The notes beneath the pieces were generated by a model that saw nothing but the letters and a program-made list of their open reading frames with translations, searched no databases and was not told where the DNA came from. Position numbers and translations under genes: made by a program. A stretch of DNA of 64,000 nucleotides from Thermoanaerobaculia bacterium. Lineage in GTDB: Bacteria > Acidobacteriota > Thermoanaerobaculia > Gp7-AA8. Shown one piece after another: positions 33,404-43,279 of the stretch (position 1 is its first letter; every line of letters begins with the position of its first letter). The stretch is from positions 778 to 64,777 of the forward strand of contig DASXRT010000089.1 of NCBI GenBank assembly GCA_036506455.1. Direction: 5' to 3'.

Positions 33404-34479
33404 CCGCCTGCCACCTGGACGAGCGCGTCGAGCATCGCTTCGACCGACTCGAGCGGAATGTCTCCCATGTGTCCGATGCGGAACGTCCGCTCTTTCCACT
33501 GACCGTAACCGCCGCCGAGAGTGAAGCCCCGCTCCTTCATCGCGTAGCGGATCGTTTCCGCGTCGGACGTCGATGGCTCGAGCGCGGTGACAGTCGGTGA
33601 CGCGTGCGCAGGGTCGGACGCGAGGCGCGCAAACTTCGCCGTTCGCTCGATCGTCAGATCGCGCATGCGGCGGTGCCGTTCGAAGCGGACAGGCAGCGTC
33701 TCCTCGCGAATGATGTGCGTGAGCTGTTTCGCCAACGCGTAGAAGTGGGGGATCGACGGCGTGGCCGGGACGCTGTCGCTCTCCGCCTGCTTCTTGTACT
33801 CGAGAAAGTCGAAATATGTCCCTCGATATGGATGCTTCTTCGCTCGCTCCACGGCAGCGGCGGAAACAGCGACGACCGTGATGCCGGGCGGCAGCGCGAT
33901 TCCCTTCTGCACGCTGGCGAGGCAGACATCGAGCTTCCATTCATCGAACTCGACAGGGATCCCGGCGAGTGACGACACCGCGTCCACGAGCACGAGCGTG
34001 TCGGGAGATTCCTCGCGGACCGCAGACGCCAGAATGGCGATGTCGTTCGTCACGCCGGTCGAGGTCTCGTTGTGTGTGAGTGTCACCGCGTCGTAGTGCG
34101 CGCGACGCGACGAGAGATGATCCGCGAGCGCATCGGGATCCACGGCGTTGCCCCAGCCGGCATCGAGCCGATCGGCCTCGAGGCCGAGGGATTCGGCGAT
34201 GTTGAACCATCGTTCGGAAAACGCGCCGCACGTGGTCACAAGAACCCGTCGCGCCACGCAGTTCTCGAGCGCCGCCTGCATGACTCCCGTTCCCGATGAC
34301 GTGACCACGAACGTGTCCTGTTTCGTCACGAACAGCGTCTTCAAATCGGTGTTGATGCCGCGGACGATCTCTTTGAACTCGGCAGTGCGATGGCCGATCA
34401 TCGGCCGCGCCATCTCCTGCAGGATCGCTGGCCTCACCCATGTCGGTCCGGGAACGAAGAATTTGCTTTGGTCACTCAT
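33400..34479 (-). CDS. Class-V aminotransferase (phosphoserine aminotransferase, SerC-like / AGXT family)
   Basis: PLP fold type I, class V pattern with a PLP-binding Lys context (…SVQKGIALPPG). Sits between serB and serA. Confidence 0.75.
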   Translation of the reverse strand: MSDQSKFFVPGPTWVRPAILQEMARPMIGHRTAEFKEIVRGINTDLKTLFVTKQDTFVVTSSGTGVMQAALENCVARRVLVTTCGAFSERWFNIAESLGLEADRLDAGWGNAVDPDALADHLSSRRAHYDAVTLTHNETSTGVTNDIAILASAVREESPDTLVLVDAVSSLAGIPVEFDEWKLDVCLASVQKGIALPPGITVVAVSAAAVERAKKHPYRGTYFDFLEYKKQAESDSVPATPSIPHFYALAKQLTHIIREETLPVRFERHRRMRDLTIERTAKFARLASDPAHASPTVTALEPSTSDAETIRYAMKERGFTLGGGYGQWKERTFRIGHMGDIPLESVEAMLDALVQVAGG

Positions 34480-35117
34480 GCGAGCAGTTGCGACACGACG
34501 TCGCGAAAGTCCATCGCGTAGACATCTGCATTTTCCTTCACTCTCGGTCGGACGTGAACTCCTCCGAATCCGATGAAGAGATCGACCGCCGGCTTCGTCT
34601 CCAGATCGGTGACGCCGTCGCCGACGAACGCGGCGCGTCCTTTTGAGCGCGCGCGCACGTCGCGCACGACCAGCTCCTTGCCGCCCGGCCGGGTCAGCGG
34701 CGAGCGTCGATCGAAATCGGCGTAGTGGCCCGCATCGTCGAATCGCAGCGACACGGCGTGAACGGCGCGCTCAGGCACAGCAAGCCGCGCGGCGAGCGGC
34801 GCGATCGCCTGCGCGATGCCGGCCGTGACGAGATGAATCTGTAGGCCGGCTTCGTGAAGTTTCTCGATCGCATCGATCGCGCCGTCGACGATCGATCCGA
34901 CGTACTGCTTCGCCAGCTCCTCCACAGCGGCACGCGCGGGCTGGATGATCTCCAACCGTTTCGCGTACACCTGATCGAGTGGTATCTCTCCGTTCATCGC
35001 CGCCTCGGTCAATCTGGCGATTTCAGGATTCCCGCCAGCCAGAACATCGACGCCTTCGATGCTCACGAGCGTCGAGTCGACGTCGAAGAATGCCAGACGG
35101 AACTTCGCTTCCGTCAC
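34476..35117 (-). CDS. serB: Phosphoserine phosphatase (HAD superfamily)
   Basis: HAD motif I FFDVDSTL and motif IV GDGVTD. 4-nt overlaps on both sides. Confidence 0.8.
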   Translation of the reverse strand: MTEAKFRLAFFDVDSTLVSIEGVDVLAGGNPEIARLTEAAMNGEIPLDQVYAKRLEIIQPARAAVEELAKQYVGSIVDGAIDAIEKLHEAGLQIHLVTAGIAQAIAPLAARLAVPERAVHAVSLRFDDAGHYADFDRRSPLTRPGGKELVVRDVRARSKGRAAFVGDGVTDLETKPAVDLFIGFGGVHVRPRVKENADVYAMDFRDVVSQLLA

Positions 35118-35779
35118 GGTCGCGCACCGTTGCGCACGACGTCCACGAGATCGGAGAAGCGCCGCAGAACGTAATCAGGGCGAGCATCGACGAGGTCGTC
35201 ATACGACGACGAGCCGGTGGCGACCACTGCGACATCGATGCCGCTGTTTCGTGCCGCGGCCACGTCGATGGGCATGTCGCCGACGAACAGAGCGCGATCG
35301 GTCGAACAGCCGGCCTCCTCGAGTGTTCGCATGACGTGGCGAGCATCCGGCTTGCGCGCGCCGGCGACATCAGGGCCGACGATGGCGCGGAAGTGCGGCG
35401 AGAGGTTCAGGAACTCGAGAATCTTCTTCGAGAACGCCGTCGGCTTGTTCGTGCAGACGGCCATCGTCACGCCCGCGTCCGAAAGCTCGCCGAGCGTCGC
35501 TTCGACGTCCTCGAGCACCTTCGATCCCATGCAGCAGATCTCGTCGTAGCGTGCTACGAATGCTTCGGCCACGCTGTCCGGGACCGACTCACGCTCGAAT
35601 GCGCGCTGCAGCAATCGCTCGAGACCGTCGCCCACGAACTCTTTGATCCGCTCGGCCCGAAGATCGGGCAGACCGTGCTCGCGCCGCGCGAAATTGACCG
35701 CCTCGGCCAGCGCGGCGTACGAATCGACCAGCGTGCCGTCGAGGTCGAACAGTACAGCGCGATAGCGGAGCGCTGTCAT
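35114..35779 (-). CDS. HAD-family hydrolase (phosphoglycolate phosphatase-like)
   Basis: LFDLDGTL motif I, …TNKP…, and motif IV GDMPIDVAAA. Confidence 0.75.
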   Translation of the reverse strand: MTALRYRAVLFDLDGTLVDSYAALAEAVNFARREHGLPDLRAERIKEFVGDGLERLLQRAFERESVPDSVAEAFVARYDEICCMGSKVLEDVEATLGELSDAGVTMAVCTNKPTAFSKKILEFLNLSPHFRAIVGPDVAGARKPDARHVMRTLEEAGCSTDRALFVGDMPIDVAAARNSGIDVAVVATGSSSYDDLVDARPDYVLRRFSDLVDVVRNGARP

Positions 35780-35797
35780 GAGCGGTGGATTCTACGC

Positions 35798-37012
35798 TCA
35801 GGCCGCGGCGATGCGCGCGCGGGCCGTGAATTCGAGGACGAGCGCCGTCCAGTCGTCGGTGAGAGGCTCGAGCACCTCGCCGCGGATCCGTTTCAACCAA
35901 TGCTCGAGCCATTCGTCCGGTCGCTCGCCGCCTCCGCTCCGCAATGCTTCGCTCAACCGCTCGTAGCCGAACGGCTGATCGCCGGCGACCGGTGCCTCGG
36001 GGATTCCATCGGAGACGAATACGAGCCGATCGCGCGGCTGCAGCTTCGTCGTCATCGTTTGATACGTCACGTCGCGGCGGATGCCGAGGGGAAGGCGAAC
36101 CCCGCCGACGGTGAGAGGTTGAACGGAGGAGGCGCGCACGAGGTACGGATCGGGGAAACCAGCATTGGCAAGGTGAAGCGTTCCGTCGCCGGGAAAGAAT
36201 CGCGCGTATGCGAGCGCGACGAACTCCCGGCGGTCGAGCTCCTGCACAAGCTTGTCGTTGAGGATCTGCATCGCCTCTTCGACACTTTCCCGGCCGACGA
36301 ACGGCAGAACCGCTTTGACCGAAGCCATGATCAGACTCGCGCCCATCCCTTTGCCGGCGACATCGGCAACGATCACAGCGACGGAGCCGTCGTCGAGCTG
36401 GACGACGTCGTAAAAATCGCCGGCCACGTAGTGCGCGGGAAAATTGCGCGCCGCGATCGAGAAGCCGTTTCCTTCGATTCGTTGCGGCGGCAGAAGGCGT
36501 GTCTGGATCGAGCGCGCGAGCTCCAGCTCCTTTTCGGCCCACTCGTGCTGTTTCAGCTTCTCCATCGATTGCGCGAGGCGATCGCGCATCAGGTCGAGCG
36601 TACGAAGAATCAACCCGACGATGACGGCGATGCCGCCGGTGATCAGCATGATCATCGGGGCGACACCGGTGATGAGGTCCTTGAGCGTGATTTGGCCGCC
36701 GAAAATCTTCGAGCCGATGTAGACACCGATCAGCCACCCTGCCATCCCGCCGACGAGGAAGATGAGCGCCGCGAGAAACGGCCGCACTCGCTCGGGCTGG
36801 CGAGCGATGACATCGCGAAATAAGGTGAGCAGAACAAGAATGCAGAGCCAGATCAGCAGGCCGACGAACGCGCCGATCACCGCGACGGGAATCCAGCGCC
36901 CCTGGTTGCGTCCCATCCAGTAGATGGAGGAAAAGATCGAGCCGACGAGGATCGCGATGATCGCCGAGCGAAGGCGAATGCCGCAGGCGGCGAGAAAGCT
37001 CCGCAGGTTCAT
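35798..37012 (-). CDS. Membrane-anchored PP2C-family Ser/Thr phosphatase (SpoIIE/RsbU-like)
   Basis: An N-terminal ~150-aa region with 4 TM segments, then a PP2C core (GDFYD…VADVAGKG…SDG). Confidence 0.8.
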   Translation of the reverse strand: MNLRSFLAACGIRLRSAIIAILVGSIFSSIYWMGRNQGRWIPVAVIGAFVGLLIWLCILVLLTLFRDVIARQPERVRPFLAALIFLVGGMAGWLIGVYIGSKIFGGQITLKDLITGVAPMIMLITGGIAVIVGLILRTLDLMRDRLAQSMEKLKQHEWAEKELELARSIQTRLLPPQRIEGNGFSIAARNFPAHYVAGDFYDVVQLDDGSVAVIVADVAGKGMGASLIMASVKAVLPFVGRESVEEAMQILNDKLVQELDRREFVALAYARFFPGDGTLHLANAGFPDPYLVRASSVQPLTVGGVRLPLGIRRDVTYQTMTTKLQPRDRLVFVSDGIPEAPVAGDQPFGYERLSEALRSGGGERPDEWLEHWLKRIRGEVLEPLTDDWTALVLEFTARARIAAA

Positions 37013-37097
37013 GATGAGATGGTATACGGCCGGCGTCGTTTCGCGTTTCGAAACGGCAATCCGAAATGTTCAGCCGCTCGGGCCGCTTTCATCCCGC

Positions 37098-38903
37098 ATG
37101 CGACGACTGCTACTGGCGTTGATCCTGATTTCGGTCAGCCTGCAGGCCCAGACACCCCCGCCCCCGCCCGACCCGGCCAACCGCGCGAATCTCACGATCG
37201 CGGTCGAGCCGCTCGGCGACAACGAGCAGGGAGTCGTGTCGCGAATCGTGTTTCGTTTTGCGGTTCCATCAGATGTCCCGCCCGGTGTCCCGCTGGTCAT
37301 CCAGGGTTCGGTGATGCAGGGCGGGCAGGTTGTGAAGAACTTCCGTTTCCAGGTGCCGCCTGATCAACACGATCTTTTGCGCACTACGCAATCGCTTCGC
37401 GAAGGGGACAACGAAATCGAAGCGCGCCTGCTGATCCCATTGGAGGAGCAGGCGCCGGTGATCCTCGGCAAAACGACAAAGACAGTGACTGTCGCGAAGA
37501 CCAACAAGATCTACGTCGCCGCGCCGAACGAGGGGGCCGAAGGAATTCTGGCGGAAGGCATCGTGCCGGAGACGATCGGCGCGGTGAAGATCCGCGCGCC
37601 GCGCCGCGATGTCGCACCGAATCTCTTTGTCGTCGACGTCGAAGTGAAGCCGCCCGTTACACGCGTCGAGTTCTGGGTCGAGGGAAAGAAGCTGCTCGTG
37701 CGCAACGCCGCTCCTTATCGCGCGGAGCTCGACCTCGGGAAATTGCCGAAACGAGTCGAAGTACGCGCCGTCGGCTACGACGCCAAGGGTCGCTACATCG
37801 ACGCCGATGCCTTCGTCGTCAACGAGCGAGAAACGCCGCTGGAAGTGAAGATCACGCGCACGGAGACGCCGGACGGCATCACCCACTTCAAGCTCAGCCT
37901 GCAGAATCCCAAGAACACCGAGATCGTGAGCGTCGTTCTCTTCGCCGGCAAGAACAAACTTCACGAGTGGAAGGAGCCTCCGTACGCGATCGACATCCCG
38001 ACGGCGCGGCTCAGCGGCGTCGAATACGTTCGCGCCTCGGCGACCGACAACACGAACTACGAAGCGTCCGACCTCCTTTTTCTCAGCGGACAGCGGTACA
38101 CCGAAGAGATCGAGGTCAATCTGGTCGAGCTTCCGGTCAGCGTGACCGATACGGCTGGCGCGCCAATCGTGAATCTGGAACAGAAAGACTTCATAATTTT
38201 CGAGAAGGGTAAGCAGCAAAAAATATCGGCTTTCAATTTCGCAAGTAATTTGCCGATCTCCGTGGGCATGCTGCTCGATCACTCCGGCAGCATGCAGCCG
38301 CGCATCAAAGCGGCCAAGGAAGCCGCAGTCGAGTTCTTCCGAAGCATCCTGCGGCCGACGGACCGTGCCTTCTTCGCCGCCTTCGCCTTCGACGCGACGA
38401 ACGTCGCGCCATTCGCCTCAGATATCGGCAGCCTCGAGCAGCAGGTCAACTCCAGCCCCGACGCTGTCGGTGGCACGTCGCTCTACGATGCGATCGTCAC
38501 CGGCCTCTATCGATTTCGGTCGATCCAGGGTCGGAAGGCGATGGTGATCATCACCGACGGTGAGGACACCACGTCGCGGCTCGCTTATGAAGACATGCTG
38601 ACCTACGTCCGCTCCGCGCGCGTTCCGCTCTACTTCATCGGCGTGGGACTCGGATTCGCTGACTTCGGTGGCGCATCGAAGATGAAGGCGCTGGCCGCGG
38701 AAACCGGCGGCGTCGCTTACTTCATCAAGGATGTGAAGCACCTCAAGGAGACGTATGCGCAACTGGAGAAGGATCTCCGCACGCAGTACCTGATCAGCTA
38801 CTACACTGAGAGCACGAAGAAGGACTTGGATTACCGCACCGTGGAGGTGAAGGTGAACCGGCCGGATGCGCGCGTGCGCACGATTCGAGGGTTCATACCG
38901 TAG
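37098..38903 (+). CDS. Secreted von Willebrand factor A (VWA) domain protein
   Basis: Signal peptide MRRLLLALILISVSLQAQ; a Pro-rich segment; C-terminal VWA with MIDAS DHSGSM…T…D. True ATG at 37098; the ORF-track start at 36924 overlaps the PP2C gene. Confidence 0.75.
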   Translation: MRRLLLALILISVSLQAQTPPPPPDPANRANLTIAVEPLGDNEQGVVSRIVFRFAVPSDVPPGVPLVIQGSVMQGGQVVKNFRFQVPPDQHDLLRTTQSLREGDNEIEARLLIPLEEQAPVILGKTTKTVTVAKTNKIYVAAPNEGAEGILAEGIVPETIGAVKIRAPRRDVAPNLFVVDVEVKPPVTRVEFWVEGKKLLVRNAAPYRAELDLGKLPKRVEVRAVGYDAKGRYIDADAFVVNERETPLEVKITRTETPDGITHFKLSLQNPKNTEIVSVVLFAGKNKLHEWKEPPYAIDIPTARLSGVEYVRASATDNTNYEASDLLFLSGQRYTEEIEVNLVELPVSVTDTAGAPIVNLEQKDFIIFEKGKQQKISAFNFASNLPISVGMLLDHSGSMQPRIKAAKEAAVEFFRSILRPTDRAFFAAFAFDATNVAPFASDIGSLEQQVNSSPDAVGGTSLYDAIVTGLYRFRSIQGRKAMVIITDGEDTTSRLAYEDMLTYVRSARVPLYFIGVGLGFADFGGASKMKALAAETGGVAYFIKDVKHLKETYAQLEKDLRTQYLISYYTESTKKDLDYRTVEVKVNRPDARVRTIRGFIP

Positions 38904-38982
38904 GTCGTAGGTCGTGGGTCATCGGTCGTAGGTACCGGGGGCCTTGATGCGCTGAGGCCCGCGACACCTACGACCGACGACC
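38903..38982. terminator. Hairpin made of GGTCGTAGGT decamer repeats between convergent genes (candidate bidirectional terminator / REP-like element)
   Basis: ggtcgtaggtcgtgggtcatcggtcgtaggtaccgggggcc … ggcccgcgacacctacgaccgacgacc. A 17–22 bp stem, flanked by the stops of both converging genes. Confidence 0.45.
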
Positions 38983-38989
38983 TCGATCT

Positions 38990-41269
38990 TCACTGTGCGA
39001 TCCGCGCGTACGACGATCGCAGCATCGTGACGCGCTTCACGTAGTTCCGCGTCTCCGGATACGGAATCGACTCGATGAATTCGTCCATCGGCCGGGCGCG
39101 CGCTGTGCGCCTCCAGTTCAGAACGTTGCCCTGCCCAGCGTTGTACGACGCCACAGCGAGCAGCGTGTTCCCGCCGAACATGTTCACGAGCATCTTCAAA
39201 TGCGCGGTGCCGAGCTGGATGTTGACTTCGGGATTCTCGAGCCGCGCCTGCCCGAACGGGACGCTGAGGCGCCGGGCGAGCTCTTTGGCGGTAGGAAGCA
39301 TGAGTTGCATGAGTCCTGTCGCGCCGACCGCCGATTTCGCCGTCGGAAGGAACGAGCTCTCCTGGAGGATCAGACCCATAACGAGAAAACGATCGAGTCC
39401 GTTGCGATCGGAGTACTTCCTGATCGCGTCCTCGTACTTGACCGGGTAATACATCTTCAGGAAATACGCCGGCGCCGAGTCCTGCTCCGCCGTGGCGATC
39501 TGCGGAAACGCGCGCTTCGCGGCGCGCTGCATCAGCACCGGGCTGCCTACGCTGTTGTAAAGATCGGCGAGCAGCGCCTGACTGAACCGGTCGTTCTCGG
39601 AGTTCGTATTTTTCTGAATCTCCAGCCGCGCATCGCGCATGTCCGTCAGCGCTGTGAGCTCGTACGCGAGGCGCAGTTCAGATGGCATGTCCTTCTCGGC
39701 GATCTCGCGCCAATCTGGACCGTTTTTCATGAGCGGGTTTGTGCGGTTCTCCTGCCGGGTCGCGCCGCGCGACACCGAATGCATCGCGTAGAGATCGAGA
39801 TACGGCGCCGATGCCAGACGCTGGTACACGGCGCGCGCCTCCTCTTTCTGCCCCTGCCGATCCACCGCGCGCGCATACCAGTAATCGGCCTGCCGCTTGA
39901 CGTTCGGATTGCTGTACGTGTCGCCGATGAAGCGAAAGACCGCCTTCGCCGTCTGCAGATCGCCGCGCGCGTATGCGGTCCACGCTCTATCCCAGAAATG
40001 CTGCAGGCCGGGATCGGAGAAGGGATCGATCCTCACGAGCGCGCGAACGAGTTGCTGCTCGTACGCGTCCTGATTCTTCGACTCCGCGATGACGATGAGC
40101 GTGTTCAGCACCTCCACGCGCACCGGCCTCGCCAGCGGAAGCTGCAGCAGATCCTTGAGCCGCTCCGTAGAGAGGCGATCGTAGTTCTCCTTCGTCGCTT
40201 TTTTCGCCAGATCGATCAGCTTGACCGTCTTCTTCGTGGCGACGATTTTTGGCCGCGTCACGATCTTCGCCGCCTTCCCTTTGCCGACGCGCACCTTCAC
40301 ATTGACCTTCTTCTTCTCGACGACCGTCTTGTAGACCGTCGGATCGATCGAGTTCGACAGGACGCGATAGCTCTTCGAGAGGTGGTAGAGCGCAGGAATC
40401 GCGAACTTGTACGAGCTCGCTGTCAACGGCTCGAGCACGTGGATGGCATCGTTGAAGCGGCGGAGCTGATAGAGCGCAAGCCCGCGATTCAAAATGACCG
40501 GCAGTTTCAACGACTCGGGAGCGGAGGGTTGAAGCGCGGTGAGCTCGTCGAACGCGTGCTGCGGATCGCCGTCGCGCAACAAACAAACCGCGCGTTCGAG
40601 CCGTTCCTCCGACGTGAGATGAAGCGCATCCTTCGGGGAGAGCGACCAGACCGCGCGCAGGAATGCGATCGCGTCGTCGGCCTGAGCGGAGTGCGGACTG
40701 GCGATGACGATCCGCCTTGCGGCGTACATCGCCGCGTCGACCTCACCGATCGCCAATCTCTGTTGGACCTCCTGCCACCGCGCCGCCGCGGCGACTGTCG
40801 GGTTGTCGGTCCGCACCGCCAGCGTGGCGCAAACGTCGGCAGCCTGTCGCGACGATCCGGCGGCAACATGCATCGCCGCCAGATTCAATCCTGCTTCATC
40901 GCGGTAGATGAGTTTGGGCGTTCGGTGCCAGAGCTGCGCGAGCGTTCGGCGCGCGGAGACGTTGTTTCCCATGAGCTGAAAACCGCTGGCGAGGTAATAG
41001 AGCCGATAGTCCTCGACCACGCGTGGACCGAAACGAAACGATGCGAGACGTCTCACCGCTTCTGGTCCGTCCTGGCGTTGAATGGCATCGACTCCCGCGG
41101 CAAAGGAGTCGCGCAGCTTCTCGAGATCGGGCGGCGCTTCCGGCTTCGCAGGAACCGTGGCCTGCGTCGTTGCCGGCCGCCGCGCGTAGTAGATGATCGC
41201 GCCGATGAATGCGGCGACCAGCGGAACGGCGATCGCGACAAGGACCGACCTCCGCCGGAGTGAGAGCAA
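38990..41269 (-). CDS. Lytic murein transglycosylase (SLT-domain, Slt70-like) with N-terminal TM and helical-repeat region
   Basis: SLT catalytic motif ES…GATGLMQLM…AYNAG at the C-terminus; a long superhelical N-domain. Confidence 0.8.
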   Translation of the reverse strand: MLSLRRRSVLVAIAVPLVAAFIGAIIYYARRPATTQATVPAKPEAPPDLEKLRDSFAAGVDAIQRQDGPEAVRRLASFRFGPRVVEDYRLYYLASGFQLMGNNVSARRTLAQLWHRTPKLIYRDEAGLNLAAMHVAAGSSRQAADVCATLAVRTDNPTVAAAARWQEVQQRLAIGEVDAAMYAARRIVIASPHSAQADDAIAFLRAVWSLSPKDALHLTSEERLERAVCLLRDGDPQHAFDELTALQPSAPESLKLPVILNRGLALYQLRRFNDAIHVLEPLTASSYKFAIPALYHLSKSYRVLSNSIDPTVYKTVVEKKKVNVKVRVGKGKAAKIVTRPKIVATKKTVKLIDLAKKATKENYDRLSTERLKDLLQLPLARPVRVEVLNTLIVIAESKNQDAYEQQLVRALVRIDPFSDPGLQHFWDRAWTAYARGDLQTAKAVFRFIGDTYSNPNVKRQADYWYARAVDRQGQKEEARAVYQRLASAPYLDLYAMHSVSRGATRQENRTNPLMKNGPDWREIAEKDMPSELRLAYELTALTDMRDARLEIQKNTNSENDRFSQALLADLYNSVGSPVLMQRAAKRAFPQIATAEQDSAPAYFLKMYYPVKYEDAIRKYSDRNGLDRFLVMGLILQESSFLPTAKSAVGATGLMQLMLPTAKELARRLSVPFGQARLENPEVNIQLGTAHLKMLVNMFGGNTLLAVASYNAGQGNVLNWRRTARARPMDEFIESIPYPETRNYVKRVTMLRSSYARIAQ

Positions 41270-42595
41270 TTAGAGCCCTAGGGCGTCCGCGCGGCCGTCG
41301 GCGAGGATCCGAACCAGCTCGTCGTAGAAATAGTTCGATGCTTTCCTCACGTCCTCGGAGATGCGCTCGTCGTACATCTGGCGGCTGCGGTCGATGTCGT
41401 CCTTCAGCCGTTCATAGAGGTCGCGGTTCTTTCGTCCCTGATCGACTTTCGATTCGTTGTAAAGCTTGATCTCGGAGACGAGCAGTCGCGCGAACCGCCG
41501 CGCCTCGTCGTGTTTCTTCGCCGCTTCGCTTCCGGCTCCGGCCGGTGCGCCGCGTTGCGCGCTGCTCGGCGGAACGAACTGCGTGCTCGGGCGCTCCCGC
41601 TCCTCAGCCGCCGGCGCCGGGGCGGGCGGTGGAACGGGCGTGGGGCGGAGGTGTGGGGCGGGGGTGGGGGCGAACTCGCGTGCCGCGCCGGGCGAAGTCA
41701 TCTCGCGGATCTGCGCGGCGCTGAATGCAACCGTCGCTCCTTCTGACGGACCTGCCGGCGGCATCGGCGCGGGACGCGGTGACGCCATCGCCGGCGTTGG
41801 TCGCGGCGCAGCCGGTCGCGGTGCGAACGGTGCGGCCGGTTGCGGTGCGGCGGCGCGTGCTCCCTCTTCGCTGAGACTGGGCGACGGGATCTTCTTGCGG
41901 ATCGCCAGTGTGTCGACGAGCAATCCCGTCGTGAAGACGAGAATCTCGATCGAAGCGCGATCGAGCTTCGCGACATCCTGCGGCAGCGCGTCGACGTACA
42001 CGGCTGCCGCCACTTTGTCTTTGATCACCATGGGCACGAGCAGCGCGCGGGCTGGGGCCGAGGCGCCGAAACGACTGGCGAGACTGGAACCGTCCCATTC
42101 GACGACGCGCTCCTGACGCAGAATCTCGTCGAGCTGCGGCACGACTCCGGGCGCGGCGTTGAAGCGTTTGATCGTCTCGTCGTTTCCGCCATGCGCGGCG
42201 AAGCCGGCCCCTTTCCAGCCGCTGAACGTTTCGCCGCGGACGATCAGCAACGCAGCGCGTGAACCGAAGTCGAGACATTGTTCGAGCAGGCCATTGAGTA
42301 CATCGACCTGCGATTTCCCGCGCTCCACCGCCTGCAGCGCACGCTTGATCTTCGAAGCGTCTGCGCCCGCGGCAGCGGGAGCGGCCTGCTGCATCTCGGC
42401 GATCGATTTCTTGATCTGCGGGAACGACAGCGAGTTCATGTCAGCCTGAATACTCTGCTGCGCGGCTTTGAGTTGCTGGTCGACCACCGAGCGGACGTCA
42501 TCGATCGACGAGCGCATCTCGCCCACGATCCTGTCGATGGCTTCTCTCACGTGGGCTTCGATCGAGCTCGCGACTTCGTCGCCCCTCACAGCCAT
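41270..42595 (-). CDS. Hypothetical protein: coiled-coil + GAF-like fold + ~100-aa Pro/Ala-rich linker + conserved C-terminal helical module
   Basis: Its stop abuts the Slt start (same operon). The C-terminal KKHDEARRFARLLVSEIKLYNE…DLYERLKDDI…YDE region looks conserved, but I cannot assign it. Confidence 0.5.
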   Translation of the reverse strand: MAVRGDEVASSIEAHVREAIDRIVGEMRSSIDDVRSVVDQQLKAAQQSIQADMNSLSFPQIKKSIAEMQQAAPAAAGADASKIKRALQAVERGKSQVDVLNGLLEQCLDFGSRAALLIVRGETFSGWKGAGFAAHGGNDETIKRFNAAPGVVPQLDEILRQERVVEWDGSSLASRFGASAPARALLVPMVIKDKVAAAVYVDALPQDVAKLDRASIEILVFTTGLLVDTLAIRKKIPSPSLSEEGARAAAPQPAAPFAPRPAAPRPTPAMASPRPAPMPPAGPSEGATVAFSAAQIREMTSPGAAREFAPTPAPHLRPTPVPPPAPAPAAEERERPSTQFVPPSSAQRGAPAGAGSEAAKKHDEARRFARLLVSEIKLYNESKVDQGRKNRDLYERLKDDIDRSRQMYDERISEDVRKASNYFYDELVRILADGRADALGL

Positions 42596-42683
42596 AAATC
42601 CTCCGGGTGCTGTAGCTTGCCGCGCACGAGACGTGACGGCCTCGAGGCTGCGCGATTATAGAACACTGTGCTACCTTTCCATC

Positions 42684-43277
42684 GTGCGGCGCCTCATCGT
42701 CCTCGCCGTTGCCATACTGCTGATGCGGTGCGGCGCAGCGCCCGCCGAACCTGATCATCAGGCTGAATGGCGCGATGTCTTGCGGCAGAAGAAGGCCGCA
42801 GTCTCGCCGCACGCCACTCCACACGCGCGGCAGATCTACGCTGATGCGCTCTCCGCGTTCGTGCGCAAGCATCCCGGTCACAGCCGCGCGCGCGAGGTGT
42901 ACCAGCGCATCCAGCTCGAGTTCGCGCAGGAGCTGTCATCGTTCGGGCGCTATCAGGACTCGATCCGCATCTATCGCGCCGTTCTCACGAACGATCCGCG
43001 TAACGAGGAGGCGCGCCGCGGACTGGCCGTGGCGATGGACCGGCTGGCCGTCACCCATCAGAAGCTGCTGGGCATCGAGATCGGCATGTCGAAGAAGGAC
43101 GTCGCCCATCTCCTCGGCAAGCCGATCCCCGGGTGGACCGTGACGAACGAGCGGCCGTCGGCGACGGTCGAAGCCTGGTACTACCGAACGACCGACGGCA
43201 GTCTGGCCGCGATCTACTTCCGCGACGGCGAGGTCTTTGCGGCGGAAGAAAAGTCGCAGGCCCGCGTCGGCCTCTAA
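42684..43277 (+). CDS. Secreted protein with helical (TPR-like) region and a C-terminal BamE/SmpA-OmlA-like domain (tentative)
   Basis: GTG start gives the signal peptide VRRLIVLAVAILLMRCGAAPA. The upstream part of ORF 42468.. overlaps the opposite-strand gene. C-terminus: IGMSKKDVAHLLGKP…YFRDGEVF. Confidence 0.45.
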   Translation: MRRLIVLAVAILLMRCGAAPAEPDHQAEWRDVLRQKKAAVSPHATPHARQIYADALSAFVRKHPGHSRAREVYQRIQLEFAQELSSFGRYQDSIRIYRAVLTNDPRNEEARRGLAVAMDRLAVTHQKLLGIEIGMSKKDVAHLLGKPIPGWTVTNERPSATVEAWYYRTTDGSLAAIYFRDGEVFAAEEKSQARVGL

Positions 43278-43279
43278 AT

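Noticed and set aside
33404-33940. 179-codon N-terminal extension of the serA ORF
   Set aside because: It is low-complexity, Arg-rich, overlaps the serC-like gene, and lies upstream of a canonical ATGA-coupled start at 33403.
36924-37097. Upstream extension of the VWA ORF overlapping the PP2C gene start
   Set aside because: A signal peptide begins at ATG 37098; the extension would overlap the divergent gene.
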